From positions 3,447-67,446 of the forward strand of contig JAAYQZ010000086.1 in NCBI GenBank assembly GCA_012519025.1: 64,000 nucleotides of DNA, in the 5' to 3' direction. Both the position numbers and the translations under genes were made by a program. Under the pieces are notes generated by a model. That model was not told where the DNA came from and did no database searches. It saw only the letters and a list, made by a program, of their open reading frames with translations. This DNA is from Bacillota bacterium. Its GTDB lineage: Bacteria; Bacillota; Limnochordia; DTU087. Below, piece after piece: positions 1 through 8,823 of this stretch (the first letter of the stretch is position 1; each line of letters starts with the position of its first letter).

Positions 1-436
1 GATAACCCCGGTTGAGGCGGTTCGGGAAGCTTTGATTACTTTAGGCAGTGGCGATCTTTCGAAGGCTGTGAGTGCCGCAGATATTTTGCAGCGCCCGGAG
101 ATCAGTTATGGTGATTTGGCGGATATAGGTGTGGAATTGGCTGAACTCGACTGGCAAATTGAAAAGCAAGTAGAGATTGAAATCAAGTTTGCCGGTTACT
201 TGGCTCGCGAACGTCGACAGATGATGGGGATGGAAAAACTTGAGAGGCAGGTAATTCCCCAAGATGTGGTTTATAGGCAGATTAGGGGCCTAAAGACAGC
301 CGCTATCGAATTACTGGAGAAAATCAGACCCATTTCTGTCGGCCAGACCGCACGTATCCCTGGTATTGACAGTGGTGACATTGTGGCCCTACAAGTCTGG
401 CTTAAACAAAGAGAGCGAACCGAAAGCAGTGCTTGA
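1..436 (+). CDS. 3' end of an MnmG/GidA-family protein (5' end lies outside the window); second, divergent mnmG paralog
   Basis: The open frame runs from position 2 to a stop at 436. The translation (..ITPVEAVREALITLGSGDLS..ILQRPEISYGDL..IKFAGYLARERRQ..SVGQTARIPGIDSGDIVALQVWL) aligns with the C-terminal MnmE-interaction domain of the full-length MnmG at 503..2386, at roughly 35% identity. Confidence 0.65.
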   Translation, partial: ITPVEAVREALITLGSGDLSKAVSAADILQRPEISYGDLADIGVELAELDWQIEKQVEIEIKFAGYLARERRQMMGMEKLERQVIPQDVVYRQIRGLKTAAIELLEKIRPISVGQTARIPGIDSGDIVALQVWLKQRERTESSA

Positions 437-502
437 TATGAATGCGGGAGTATGTTGTGAGGACGATCATGAGATCATTATGAGACTAGGGTAGGGTGAG
501 CA

Positions 503-2386
503 GTGGAAAAATTCGATGTGATCGTTGTAGGAGCCGGCCATGCCGGTTGTGAAGCTGCCCTGGCAGCAGCCCGCATGGGGTTTCGCACGGCTATTTTTAC
601 TTTGGCATTAGATAGTGTTGCTATGATGCCCTGCAACCCTTCGATAGGAGGCCCGGGAAAGGCCCATATCGTTAGGGAGATCGATGCACTAGGTGGCGAA
701 ATTGGACGCATTACTGATGAAACTTCTTTGCACGTGCGGATGCTTAACACCAGGAAAGGACCGGCTGTTCGGGCTTTAAGAGCACAAGTTGACCGCAAGC
801 TGTACTCTTGGAAGATGCGTCAAATACTGGAAAGAGAACCCCGGCTGTTCTTGCGAGAAGGTTGTGTTGAAAGAATCCTAGTAAAAGGCGGCCGGGTTTG
901 GGGTGTCGCCTTACGCACAGAAGAAAGGTTTCAGGGAAAATGTGTAGTTGTGGCCAATGGGACATATATGCGTTCTTTAATCCACGTGGGAGAAGTGCAC
1001 TATGAGTCCGGACCCCAGGCTCAGCAGACTACACACGGGTTGAGCCGGAATCTTGAGGAGCTGGGCTTTCAGTTGATCAGGTTTAAGACCGGTACACCGC
1101 CAAGGGCAAACAGCCGTTCTTTGAATTATGACAAAATGACGGCTTTACCCGGCGAAAAACTACCGAGGGGGTTTTCTTTTACTAGTAAAGTGGCAAAGCG
1201 AAAGCAACTGCCGTGTTGGTTGACACATACTACATCGGAAACTCACCGGATTATCTCGGAAAACTTGGATAGAACTGCACTCTACGGCGGCGCCATTATG
1301 GGAATAGGCCCAAGATACTGTCCCTCAATCGAAAGCAAGATAGTGCAGTTTCCAGATAAAGAATCTCATCAGGTCTTCGTAGAACCGGAAGGTTGGGACA
1401 CGCAGGAAGTATACTTGAGTGGTGTTTCTACGAGCTTGCCTGCGGAGGTACAGATGGAAGTGGCCAGAAGTATCCCAGGGCTTGAAAATGTTGAATTCTT
1501 GCGGCTGGCTTATGCCATTGAATATGATTGTCTTGGACCACATCAGTTGAAATCCAGCCTGGAGTCAAAAACGATTCGAGGGTTGTTTTTCGCTGGTCAG
1601 ATCAACGGCAGTTCGGGTTATGAGGAAGCGGCGGCCCAAGGTATTATAGCAGGTATCAATTGTGGTCTTTACCTGCGGAAAGAACAACCGTTGATTTTAG
1701 GCCGCGATGAGGCGTATATCGGTGTATTGATTGATGATCTTGTTACCAAGACTATACATGAGCCCTACCGCATGATGACCTCCTTGGCAGAATACCGCCT
1801 GCTTCTTAGGCAAGATAATGCCGATCGACGGTTAAGTAGATACGGAAAAGACCTCGGTCTTTTGTCTGGGGAACGGTATGAAAAAGTTCAAAGCAAATGG
1901 TATGCTGTTGAAAAGGAAATGGAAAGACTCGGCACATGGCGTATAACACCATCTCAAGTAATTACCGCGGCGTTGGAGTCGGTCGGCAGTACACCTATTT
2001 CCCGTGTAGTAACAGGTGAAGAACTCCTTAGGCGGCCGGAAATAACATATTCAGAACTACGTGCGCTGGGGTTCGAAAGTACATTCGATGAAGAACTGCA
2101 AGAACTCGTTGAAACAGAAGTCAAATATGCCGGCTACATTCTTAAAGAACGCAGATCTGTAGAAAGATTCCAGGCAATGGAAGCCAGGGTACTACCTGAT
2201 TGGATTGATTACGACTTGGTAGAGGGGCTTTCTAAAGAGGCCGCAGAGAAGCTTAACTCGGTTAGGCCGCATTCATTGGGGCAGGCTTCTCGTATTGCCG
2301 GAGTGTCACCGGCAGATATTTCTGTACTGATGGTGTTCTTGGAACATCGGGGACGCCGCCTGAAAGCGAGCGAAAAAACTGATTAG
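503..2386 (+). CDS. mnmG: tRNA uridine 5-carboxymethylaminomethyl modification enzyme MnmG (GidA), GTG start
   Basis: 627 aa. N-terminal FAD motif DVIVVGAGHAGCEAA, GidA core, and the conserved C-terminal domain. Sits directly upstream of rsmG, as in the canonical layout. Confidence 0.92.
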   Translation: MEKFDVIVVGAGHAGCEAALAAARMGFRTAIFTLALDSVAMMPCNPSIGGPGKAHIVREIDALGGEIGRITDETSLHVRMLNTRKGPAVRALRAQVDRKLYSWKMRQILEREPRLFLREGCVERILVKGGRVWGVALRTEERFQGKCVVVANGTYMRSLIHVGEVHYESGPQAQQTTHGLSRNLEELGFQLIRFKTGTPPRANSRSLNYDKMTALPGEKLPRGFSFTSKVAKRKQLPCWLTHTTSETHRIISENLDRTALYGGAIMGIGPRYCPSIESKIVQFPDKESHQVFVEPEGWDTQEVYLSGVSTSLPAEVQMEVARSIPGLENVEFLRLAYAIEYDCLGPHQLKSSLESKTIRGLFFAGQINGSSGYEEAAAQGIIAGINCGLYLRKEQPLILGRDEAYIGVLIDDLVTKTIHEPYRMMTSLAEYRLLLRQDNADRRLSRYGKDLGLLSGERYEKVQSKWYAVEKEMERLGTWRITPSQVITAALESVGSTPISRVVTGEELLRRPEITYSELRALGFESTFDEELQELVETEVKYAGYILKERRSVERFQAMEARVLPDWIDYDLVEGLSKEAAEKLNSVRPHSLGQASRIAGVSPADISVLMVFLEHRGRRLKASEKTD

Positions 2387-2408
2387 CAAACAAACAGGAG
2401 GCGTTAGT

Positions 2409-3134
2409 TTGGTTAGATGTGAAATGGAGATCGTTGATGGGGCAAAGAGTATGGGTGTACTCGTAGCGACAGAGGCAGAGCCGTTGTTTGAGCTTCATCG
2501 ATCCATGATTGTCGAATGGAATCAAAGGTTGAATCTCACAAGCATTCCTGTGCAGGAGATGGGGGAGAAGCATTTTCTCGATTCCCTTACACTACTTTTG
2601 TTGCCGGAAGTAGAGAAATCACGGCGACTTATTGATGTCGGAAGCGGTGCGGGTTTTCCCGGCGTGCCCATTAAAATTGCCCGGCCCAATATGCAGATTA
2701 CTTTGATAGATTCACTGCAGAAACGGATTGAATTTTTAAAGAACGTTATAGATTCTCTTGGATTGGAAGGAATCAATTGTTTTCATGGAAGAGCCGAGGA
2801 AATAGGACAGAACCGAACCCATAGGGAGCAGTACGATGCTGCGGTTGCCAGAGCGGTGGCCCCTTTGGTCCTTCTTGCCGAATATCTCCTGCCTTTGGTT
2901 AGGGTCGGTGGCACCATGGTGGCCATGAAGGGACCGGGTGGTAGGGATGAGGTTCCAGAAGCCGCAGATGCGGTGGAGATGCTGGGGGGAGAATTGTCTC
3001 GAATCATTGACACGGCCTTGCCCAGTGGCGATAGAAGACAGCTTGTGGTGATCAAAAAAATGACTGCTACAGCCGAACGGTACCCAAGAAGGCCGGGAAT
3101 CCCAAGGAAAAATCCGCTGAGCCGAAAAAAGTAG
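2409..3134 (+). CDS. rsmG: 16S rRNA (guanine527-N7)-methyltransferase RsmG (GidB)
   Basis: 241 aa. SAM-binding motif LIDVGSGAGFPGVPIKIARP. Position after mnmG. Confidence 0.9.
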   Translation: MVRCEMEIVDGAKSMGVLVATEAEPLFELHRSMIVEWNQRLNLTSIPVQEMGEKHFLDSLTLLLLPEVEKSRRLIDVGSGAGFPGVPIKIARPNMQITLIDSLQKRIEFLKNVIDSLGLEGINCFHGRAEEIGQNRTHREQYDAAVARAVAPLVLLAEYLLPLVRVGGTMVAMKGPGGRDEVPEAADAVEMLGGELSRIIDTALPSGDRRQLVVIKKMTATAERYPRRPGIPRKNPLSRKK

Positions 3135-3155
3135 CGTTTGATGCATATATTGAAG

Positions 3156-3188
3156 GAGCCCAGCTGAATGCGATGGGCTCTTTGTTTT
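3156..3188 (+). terminator. Rho-independent terminator after rsmG
   Basis: Stem GAGCCCA(3156-3162) / TGGGCTC(3174-3180), followed by TTTGTTTT. Confidence 0.5.
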
Positions 3189-3280
3189 AACGTGATTTGG
3201 ACAGTTTGGCAGGAAAGGTACTTGCGGGAAGAGAAAACTACAAAAGGAATGTATAGGTAATTTTCGATTTTTATGGAGGG

Positions 3281-4159
3281 ATGCAGGTGCGCTTGGGTGA
3301 TGTCCTTCGGGCACGGGTAAAGGATCTGGGAAAAAGGCAGCAGGTCCCAACTAGCCAAGAAGCAGATATAGTTCGGCAGATCCCGTTAGCAGATATTGAG
3401 GTAAATCCGTTCCAACCGCGGGAAACTTTTAACCAAGAGGCGATCCAGGAGTTGGCCCAGTCTTTAGAGGAGCATGGGTTGATCCAGCCTATAGTGGTCC
3501 GCAGTTGCCCAGAAGGCTACCAACTTGTAGCAGGGGAGAGAAGGGTTAGGGCGGCAGCATATCTTGGGTGGGAAACAATTTCTGCCGTTGTGAGGGAACT
3601 TGATGACGCTGCCAGCGCGCAAATGGCACTGATTGAAAACTTGCAGCGGGAAGACTTGGATTTTTGGGAAGAGGCTTTAGCATATCAACAGCTATTGGAG
3701 CAATTTGGGATGACGCAAGACGAATTGGCGCAAAGCATTGGGAAAAGCCAATCATCAATTGCTAATAAACTTCGCTTGTTGAAACTGAGCCCGAAAGTGA
3801 GAAGCAAGATTTCCCGGGAAATAATGACCGAGCGGCACTGTCGAGCCCTATTGAGACTGGATTCAGAAACCAAACAGCTTGAGGTTATTGAAACTGTGAA
3901 AGCGAAACAGCTGTCTGTTCGGGAAACAGAGGCTTTAATCGGTAAGATGCTCAACGATGATGTGGGAGGCGACACTTCGCAAAAGAGTGAGCAAAAGATC
4001 ACTAAGGTTTGGCGTGATGCCAGGTTGCTGCAAAACAGCGTTAGAGAGTTGGTTAAAGAGATGCGGTCCGGTGGGGTTGAAGTTGAACTAGAAGAGTCGG
4101 TTACTTCCGATTTATTGGAAATGCAGATTACAATTCAACGGCAACAGGTCGAAAAGTGA
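3281..4159 (+). CDS. noc: Nucleoid occlusion protein Noc (ParB-family). The real start may be GTG at 3287
   Basis: ParB N-terminal motifs (IPLADIEVNPFQPR, GERRVRAA) plus an HTH. First ParB paralog after rsmG and upstream of soj-spo0J. Carries its own NBS palindrome internally. Confidence 0.8.
   Translation: MQVRLGDVLRARVKDLGKRQQVPTSQEADIVRQIPLADIEVNPFQPRETFNQEAIQELAQSLEEHGLIQPIVVRSCPEGYQLVAGERRVRAAAYLGWETISAVVRELDDAASAQMALIENLQREDLDFWEEALAYQQLLEQFGMTQDELAQSIGKSQSSIANKLRLLKLSPKVRSKISREIMTERHCRALLRLDSETKQLEVIETVKAKQLSVRETEALIGKMLNDDVGGDTSQKSEQKITKVWRDARLLQNSVRELVKEMRSGGVEVELEESVTSDLLEMQITIQRQQVEK
3814..3827. promoter_or_regulatory. Noc-binding site (NBS), a perfect 14-bp palindrome ATTTCCCGGGAAAT
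   Basis: Exact match to the published B. subtilis NBS consensus. Lies inside the noc coding sequence. Confidence 0.6.
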
Positions 4160-4200
4160 TTTTAAGGACTACGTTAATCCAAGAGATGGGGTGAGGTGAA

Positions 4201-4959
4201 TTGGCCGTATGCCTAGCCATTGTCAACCAAAAAGGTGGTGTTGGTAAGAGTACTACTGCAGTAAATCTAGGTGCCTGCTTAGGCGAACTTGGGAAGAAAG
4301 TTCTTCTTGTTGATATCGATCCCCAGGGAAATGCTACCAGTGGAGTTGGGATCGAGAAGAGCCAAGTGGAACGATGCATGTACGACGTGCTTATCGAAGG
4401 CTGTCCCATTGAGGCTGCTGTTCAAAGAACACTTACCCCAGGGTTGGATGCTGTCCCCGCCACGTTGGAACTAGCGGGCGCAGAAATTGAACTAGTAGCA
4501 ACTATGTCCAGAGAGTATAAGTTGAAAAGTGCTTTAGAACCTATACTTGCTAATTATGACTATATTTTAGTGGATGCCCCACCTTCACTGGGGCTTTTGA
4601 CCATCAATGCGCTGTGTGCAGCTACAGCCGCATTAATCCCGATCCAGTGTGAATACTACGCGTTGGAAGGGGTGAGTCAGTTGATGGGAACCGTTGGGCT
4701 TGTAAAGGAGCATCTAAATCCAAATCTCGAAATCTGTGGAATTTTAATGACTATGTACGATGCCCGCACGAATCTGTCCCAGCAGGTAGTAGAAGAAGTG
4801 CAGAAGTTCTTTGGTGATAGGGTGTTTAAAGCTATCATTCCCAGAAACGTGCGTTTGAGTGAGGCACCTAGCCACGGCCAGCCGATCATAATGTATGATG
4901 AACACTGTCGTGGTGCTTCGGCGTATAGAGAGTTAGCTAGGGAGTTGATCGGAGCATGA
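4201..4959 (+). CDS. soj: Chromosome partitioning ATPase Soj/ParA
   Basis: Deviant Walker A motif KGGVGKST. 252 aa. Position between noc and spo0J. Confidence 0.92.
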   Translation: MAVCLAIVNQKGGVGKSTTAVNLGACLGELGKKVLLVDIDPQGNATSGVGIEKSQVERCMYDVLIEGCPIEAAVQRTLTPGLDAVPATLELAGAEIELVATMSREYKLKSALEPILANYDYILVDAPPSLGLLTINALCAATAALIPIQCEYYALEGVSQLMGTVGLVKEHLNPNLEICGILMTMYDARTNLSQQVVEEVQKFFGDRVFKAIIPRNVRLSEAPSHGQPIIMYDEHCRGASAYRELARELIGA

Positions 4960-5813
4960 CAAGACCTGCGTTGGGCCGCGGTTTGAAAGCCCTCATTCCT
5001 CAAATGGAGGAAAGTGGTGACATCGTTCAACAGATCCCTTTGGAGTCCATTGAAACCAATCCTTTCCAGCCCCGGGTTGATTTCAGCGAAGAGGCTCTCA
5101 AGGAACTTGCTGCTTCGATCCGGGAAAAGGGAGTCCTGCAGCCGATTACTGTCAGGCCCCATAAGAACAGATTTCAGTTGGTTGCCGGCGAACGTCGCTG
5201 GCGTGCTTCCAAGGCAGCTGGGCTGACAGAAATTCCAGCACTTGTCAAAGATTTAACAGATCAGCAAATTATGGAGATAGCCCTAATTGAAAATTTACAG
5301 CGGGAAGATTTGAACCCGATTGAGGAAGCCCAGGCGTACGAAACGTTAATTCGGCAATTTAGGCTAACCCAGGAAGAAGTGGCAAGTGCAGTAGGGAAAG
5401 GGCGACCTACAGTTGCCAATCGGATAAGATTGTTGCAGCTGCACGAGGACGTGCAGCAGTGGATTGCAAAAGGGGATTTGAGTGCCGGCCACGGAAAGAT
5501 TCTGGCTGCGTTAGAGAAAGATAGAGCCTGGGAGTTGGCCCAAGTATGTGTTCAAGAATCCTGGTCAGTTCGGCAGCTTGAGGCACACCTTAGTTCTGTA
5601 GGTGCCGAGTCCACAAGTGGCAGGCCCCCCATAAAGAAATCTGGTAGGCGAGATCCATTAATAACGGAAATTGAGGATCAACTGAGGGGCGTGTTTGGTA
5701 CTAAAGTTTTGGTACGGGACAACAAGGGTAAAGGCAAGATTGAAGTTGAATACTACTCCCCGGAAGAACTGAACCGTATTCTGGAAATTATGGGATGCGG
5801 GGTATGGGATTGA
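4956..5813 (+). CDS. spo0J: Chromosome partitioning protein Spo0J/ParB
   Basis: ParB motifs IPLESIETNPFQPR and GERRWRA, plus HTH. ATGA overlap with the soj stop. Confidence 0.9.
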   Translation: MTRPALGRGLKALIPQMEESGDIVQQIPLESIETNPFQPRVDFSEEALKELAASIREKGVLQPITVRPHKNRFQLVAGERRWRASKAAGLTEIPALVKDLTDQQIMEIALIENLQREDLNPIEEAQAYETLIRQFRLTQEEVASAVGKGRPTVANRIRLLQLHEDVQQWIAKGDLSAGHGKILAALEKDRAWELAQVCVQESWSVRQLEAHLSSVGAESTSGRPPIKKSGRRDPLITEIEDQLRGVFGTKVLVRDNKGKGKIEVEYYSPEELNRILEIMGCGVWD

Positions 5814-5829
5814 AGAAAGAGGAACCAGT

Positions 5830-6582
5830 TTGAACGACACCAACTTAAGACGAATGTTGTTGGAATTTAAAGCAGGTGCCATTGATCAAGATGCCGTCAT
5901 TGAATATGTGGAGTCTGGTCTTTATGAAGACGTGGGATTTGCTAAAATTGATCATCACAGGGCAAAACGCAAGGGCTTTCCGGAGGTAATCTATTGTGCA
6001 GGCAAATCCAAGCAGCAAGTAGTGGAGATATTTCAGCGGTTGGCCGATCGCAGTGATAAGGTTCTGGCCACTCGCGCCGATTCCGCTGTCGGTGAAGCGG
6101 TTTGCGAAGCCGTTAAGGATGCAAAGTACCATGAGATTGGGCAATTAATTACTTTGGGATGGTCCAGGAGCGAGCCAGAGGTAGAACAACCCTACATAGC
6201 AGTAATTAGTGCCGGTACTTCAGATTTATCTGTGGCAGAAGAGGCCGCTGTTACAGCGGAAATTATGGGGAGCAAGGTAGTGCGGGTCTATGATGTTGGG
6301 GTAGCCGGCCTACACAGGCTGTTTGGCGAACTGCATAAAATAGAAGATGCTAAGGCCGCTGTAGTTGTGGCTGGAATGGAAGGCGCTCTGGCGAGTGTTA
6401 TCGGCGGTTTAATTCACAGCCCGATTATAGCGGTCCCTACCAGCGTAGGTTATGGAGCTGCTTTAGGAGGGATGGCTGCACTGCTGGGTATGCTCAACAG
6501 CTGCGCACCCGGTGTTACTGTTGTGAACATCGACAACGGGTTTGGGGCGGGGTATAGTGCTCATTTAATCAGCACAGTGTGA
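5830..6582 (+). CDS. larB: LarB-like nickel-pincer cofactor biosynthesis protein (PurE-like P2CMN synthase), TTG start
   Basis: 250 aa. N-terminal LarB-specific region, then a PurE/AIR-carboxylase-like domain (IAVISAGTSDLSVAEEAA..VYDVGVAGLHR, GMEGALASVIGG). Confidence 0.7.
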   Translation: MNDTNLRRMLLEFKAGAIDQDAVIEYVESGLYEDVGFAKIDHHRAKRKGFPEVIYCAGKSKQQVVEIFQRLADRSDKVLATRADSAVGEAVCEAVKDAKYHEIGQLITLGWSRSEPEVEQPYIAVISAGTSDLSVAEEAAVTAEIMGSKVVRVYDVGVAGLHRLFGELHKIEDAKAAVVVAGMEGALASVIGGLIHSPIIAVPTSVGYGAALGGMAALLGMLNSCAPGVTVVNIDNGFGAGYSAHLISTV

Positions 6583-6621
6583 ATTAAATATCAAATTAGG
6601 TGAGAACGTGGACTGAGCTTT

Positions 6622-6651
6622 TAGTTAGTGTTCCACGTGGAACACTAACTA
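6622..6651. promoter_or_regulatory. parS centromere site. Core TGTTCCACGTGGAACA sits inside a perfect 30-bp palindrome
   Basis: TAGTTAGTGTTCCACGTGGAACACTAACTA is its own reverse complement. The 16-bp core matches B. subtilis parS (TGTTCCACGTGAAACA) at 15 of 16 positions. About 0.8 kb downstream of spo0J. Confidence 0.7.
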
Positions 6652-6692
6652 CCGGGTTCTGCAGGACAACATTTAAGTGATCTGTCCCTGCT

Positions 6693-6710
6693 ATGTTCTA
6701 CGTGGAACAT
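6693..6710. promoter_or_regulatory. Second, degenerate parS-like site, core TGTTCTACGTGGAACA
   Basis: ATGTTCTACGTGGAACAT differs from the first site at one core position. Centres are 67 bp apart. Confidence 0.5.
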
Positions 6711-6748
6711 ACGGGTACATAGACTCAAACTACAAGGGAGCGATTGTA

Positions 6749-7948
6749 TTGGTGAACGTTTATATTGACTGTTTTTCAGGAGCCAGTGGAAACATGTTCC
6801 TCGGGGCATTGCTGGACTTAGGCGTTCCCGAGGAAATCTTCCAAGGCGTTATCACCGCTTTGGGTCTGGAAGATGTACACCTGGAAATAACTAGAGTGGC
6901 CAAGCAGGGGATTGCGGCTTGCCATGTCGTTGTCCACCATCCTGAACAGCATGTACACCGCCATTTGCAAGATATAGTTGAGATTATTGAACAAGGGAGT
7001 CTTGAGCCTAAGGTAGCAACACGTGCCATCGCAGTGTTTGAAAGGTTGGCTGAAGCGGAAGCTAAAGCCCACGGTACTACTGTGGATGATGTTCATTTCC
7101 ACGAAGTGGGGGCTGTTGATGCCATTGTCGATATAGTCTGCACTGTGGCTGGGTTTCATCATCTGGGTGCAGAAGAGATACGTTCAAGTCCCGTCCATTT
7201 AGGGACAGGCTTTATAGATGTGGCACACGGCACCATGCCCATACCGGTGCCCGCTACTGTGAATCTACTGAGTGGAGTTCCAACCTATTCCAAGGGGATA
7301 CCCAATGAGTTAGTGACACCTACCGGCGCTGCCCTGTTGACAGAACTTGCTTCCGCTTACGGTCCCATGTCTAGTGGGCGATTAATCAAGGTTGGATATG
7401 GAGCAGGAACAAGAGATTTACCGATACCTAATTTGTTAAGACTAGTGTTGTTCGAACCAATACCTGAAGGCAAAACACTTTGGGACATGGATGAAATAGC
7501 TGTTATGGAATGCTCGATCGATGACCATAACCCTGAATTACTTCCCCCTTTGGCCCAAAGCCTGCTTGATAATGGTGCCCTTGACGTGTATGTGCAAAAT
7601 GCAATCATGAAGGGGGGGCGAGCCGGTGTCGTTTTAACTGTGCTTTCTCCCCTCGAACTGCAAGATGCCCTGGCAAAGCTGATTTTCAAAGAGACCACAA
7701 CACTGGGAATTAGGCTGGAACGCAAAAAACGCTACACACTTCCAAGGGAAATGATTTCAGTTGAGGTTGCCAGCGAAAACATCCAAGTCAAAATAGGAAA
7801 GTTGGGGGAGGATGTTGTGACGGTAGCTCCCGAATACCGGGATTGCTATCAGGTGGCCCAAACTGTGAAACTGCCTGTCCGGGAAGTATACGACCGCGCT
7901 AAAACCGCCGCCCGTGCAGCTTTACAGCTGGGTTCCGCAGCTGTTTAA
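6749..7948 (+). CDS. larC: LarC-like nickel insertase (DUF111 family). The ORF-track start at 6677 is probably too long; TTG/GTG at 6749-6752 precedes the conserved YIDCFSG motif
   Basis: N-terminal VYIDCFSGASGNMFLGALLDLG, typical of the LarC/DUF111 family. About 400 aa. Confidence 0.8.
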   Translation: MVNVYIDCFSGASGNMFLGALLDLGVPEEIFQGVITALGLEDVHLEITRVAKQGIAACHVVVHHPEQHVHRHLQDIVEIIEQGSLEPKVATRAIAVFERLAEAEAKAHGTTVDDVHFHEVGAVDAIVDIVCTVAGFHHLGAEEIRSSPVHLGTGFIDVAHGTMPIPVPATVNLLSGVPTYSKGIPNELVTPTGAALLTELASAYGPMSSGRLIKVGYGAGTRDLPIPNLLRLVLFEPIPEGKTLWDMDEIAVMECSIDDHNPELLPPLAQSLLDNGALDVYVQNAIMKGGRAGVVLTVLSPLELQDALAKLIFKETTTLGIRLERKKRYTLPREMISVEVASENIQVKIGKLGEDVVTVAPEYRDCYQVAQTVKLPVREVYDRAKTAARAALQLGSAAV

Positions 7949-8001
7949 AGGGTTTGGCAAAGCAGAGAAGCAGCCAACTTTTGTTTCTATGCTTTGCCTT
8001 T

Positions 8002-8712
8002 CTATTCAATTTTGGAAGGTGCAACAGGTACTGACTCCCAGCTTCCACTAGAGAAAGGGATGCTTATATGATGTGTCCCTTTGTTTACTGCACAAGGGTA
8101 TAATGTCCTTTGGTACATATAAAGGAGCCCGGCAAGTGCATCGACCATAACCTGTGCCATGCGCATGACAAGACTCAAACGAGTATTTTGTAAAACAAAA
8201 TACTCCATGAACCCACCAACATTGACTACTCCGATCAAATGGCTCGTGCCGACTTCAACCAATTGTTTGTTTACACCGGTGCCGGGTTTGAGGGGTCCTT
8301 CCTTGGCCGTGATGTAGCCGATATTTTCAGATTTCCCTAGACATGCATCCAGAGCCAAAACATAAGAGTGTTGGTGTTTTTGCTGGAGCAATTCGGCGTA
8401 CTTCTCCAGATTTCCGGCATGCACGGGCTGTTCTAATGTGCCCAACACTTGTACTCCCGGTGGCAGTCTGTAGGATTCCAAAAGCTTAGTGCCGACAAGG
8501 GGACCTAGGGAATCGCCGGTGGAGCGATCGGTACCAACGCAAAGAATAACCAGTTGTGCCGGTTTATGCGGTGTGGCCATCAGGGAAAGCTCGGGCACCA
8601 TAAAAGTCCAAAGATCCTGGGCCAGCGTTTCCGGCCCCCTTGCATTGTCTATATGCACCCGCGAAACGTAATCAGGGTTCGTTTGTCCTTGGGAAGCCCA
8701 AGCCTTTGTCAA
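8002..8712 (-). CDS. yyaC: Sporulation protein YyaC (DUF1256 family)
   Basis: Conserved core LVILCVGTDRSTGDSLGPLVGTKL. Lies next to the soj-spo0J region, as in B. subtilis. Confidence 0.75.
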   Translation of the reverse strand: MTKAWASQGQTNPDYVSRVHIDNARGPETLAQDLWTFMVPELSLMATPHKPAQLVILCVGTDRSTGDSLGPLVGTKLLESYRLPPGVQVLGTLEQPVHAGNLEKYAELLQQKHQHSYVLALDACLGKSENIGYITAKEGPLKPGTGVNKQLVEVGTSHLIGVVNVGGFMEYFVLQNTRLSLVMRMAQVMVDALAGLLYMYQRTLYPCAVNKGTHHISIPFSSGSWESVPVAPSKIE

Positions 8713-8823
8713 AAACCTTCACTCCTTCAATCTAATTATTCACAGTCAAGTATATGAAGGATCATGTTGATCTATACATATATGGAAGGTGTGAATTGAT
8801 GAAAGCGGGATTGGCGGTGAACT

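Noticed and set aside
6622-6710. Considered the TGTTC-CACGTG-GAACA palindromes as operators for a Crp/Fnr-type LarR regulator of larC
   Set aside because: The 16-bp core is an essentially exact parS sequence and the sites lie next to soj-spo0J. No Crp/Fnr-family regulator gene is present nearby. The parS explanation is much stronger.
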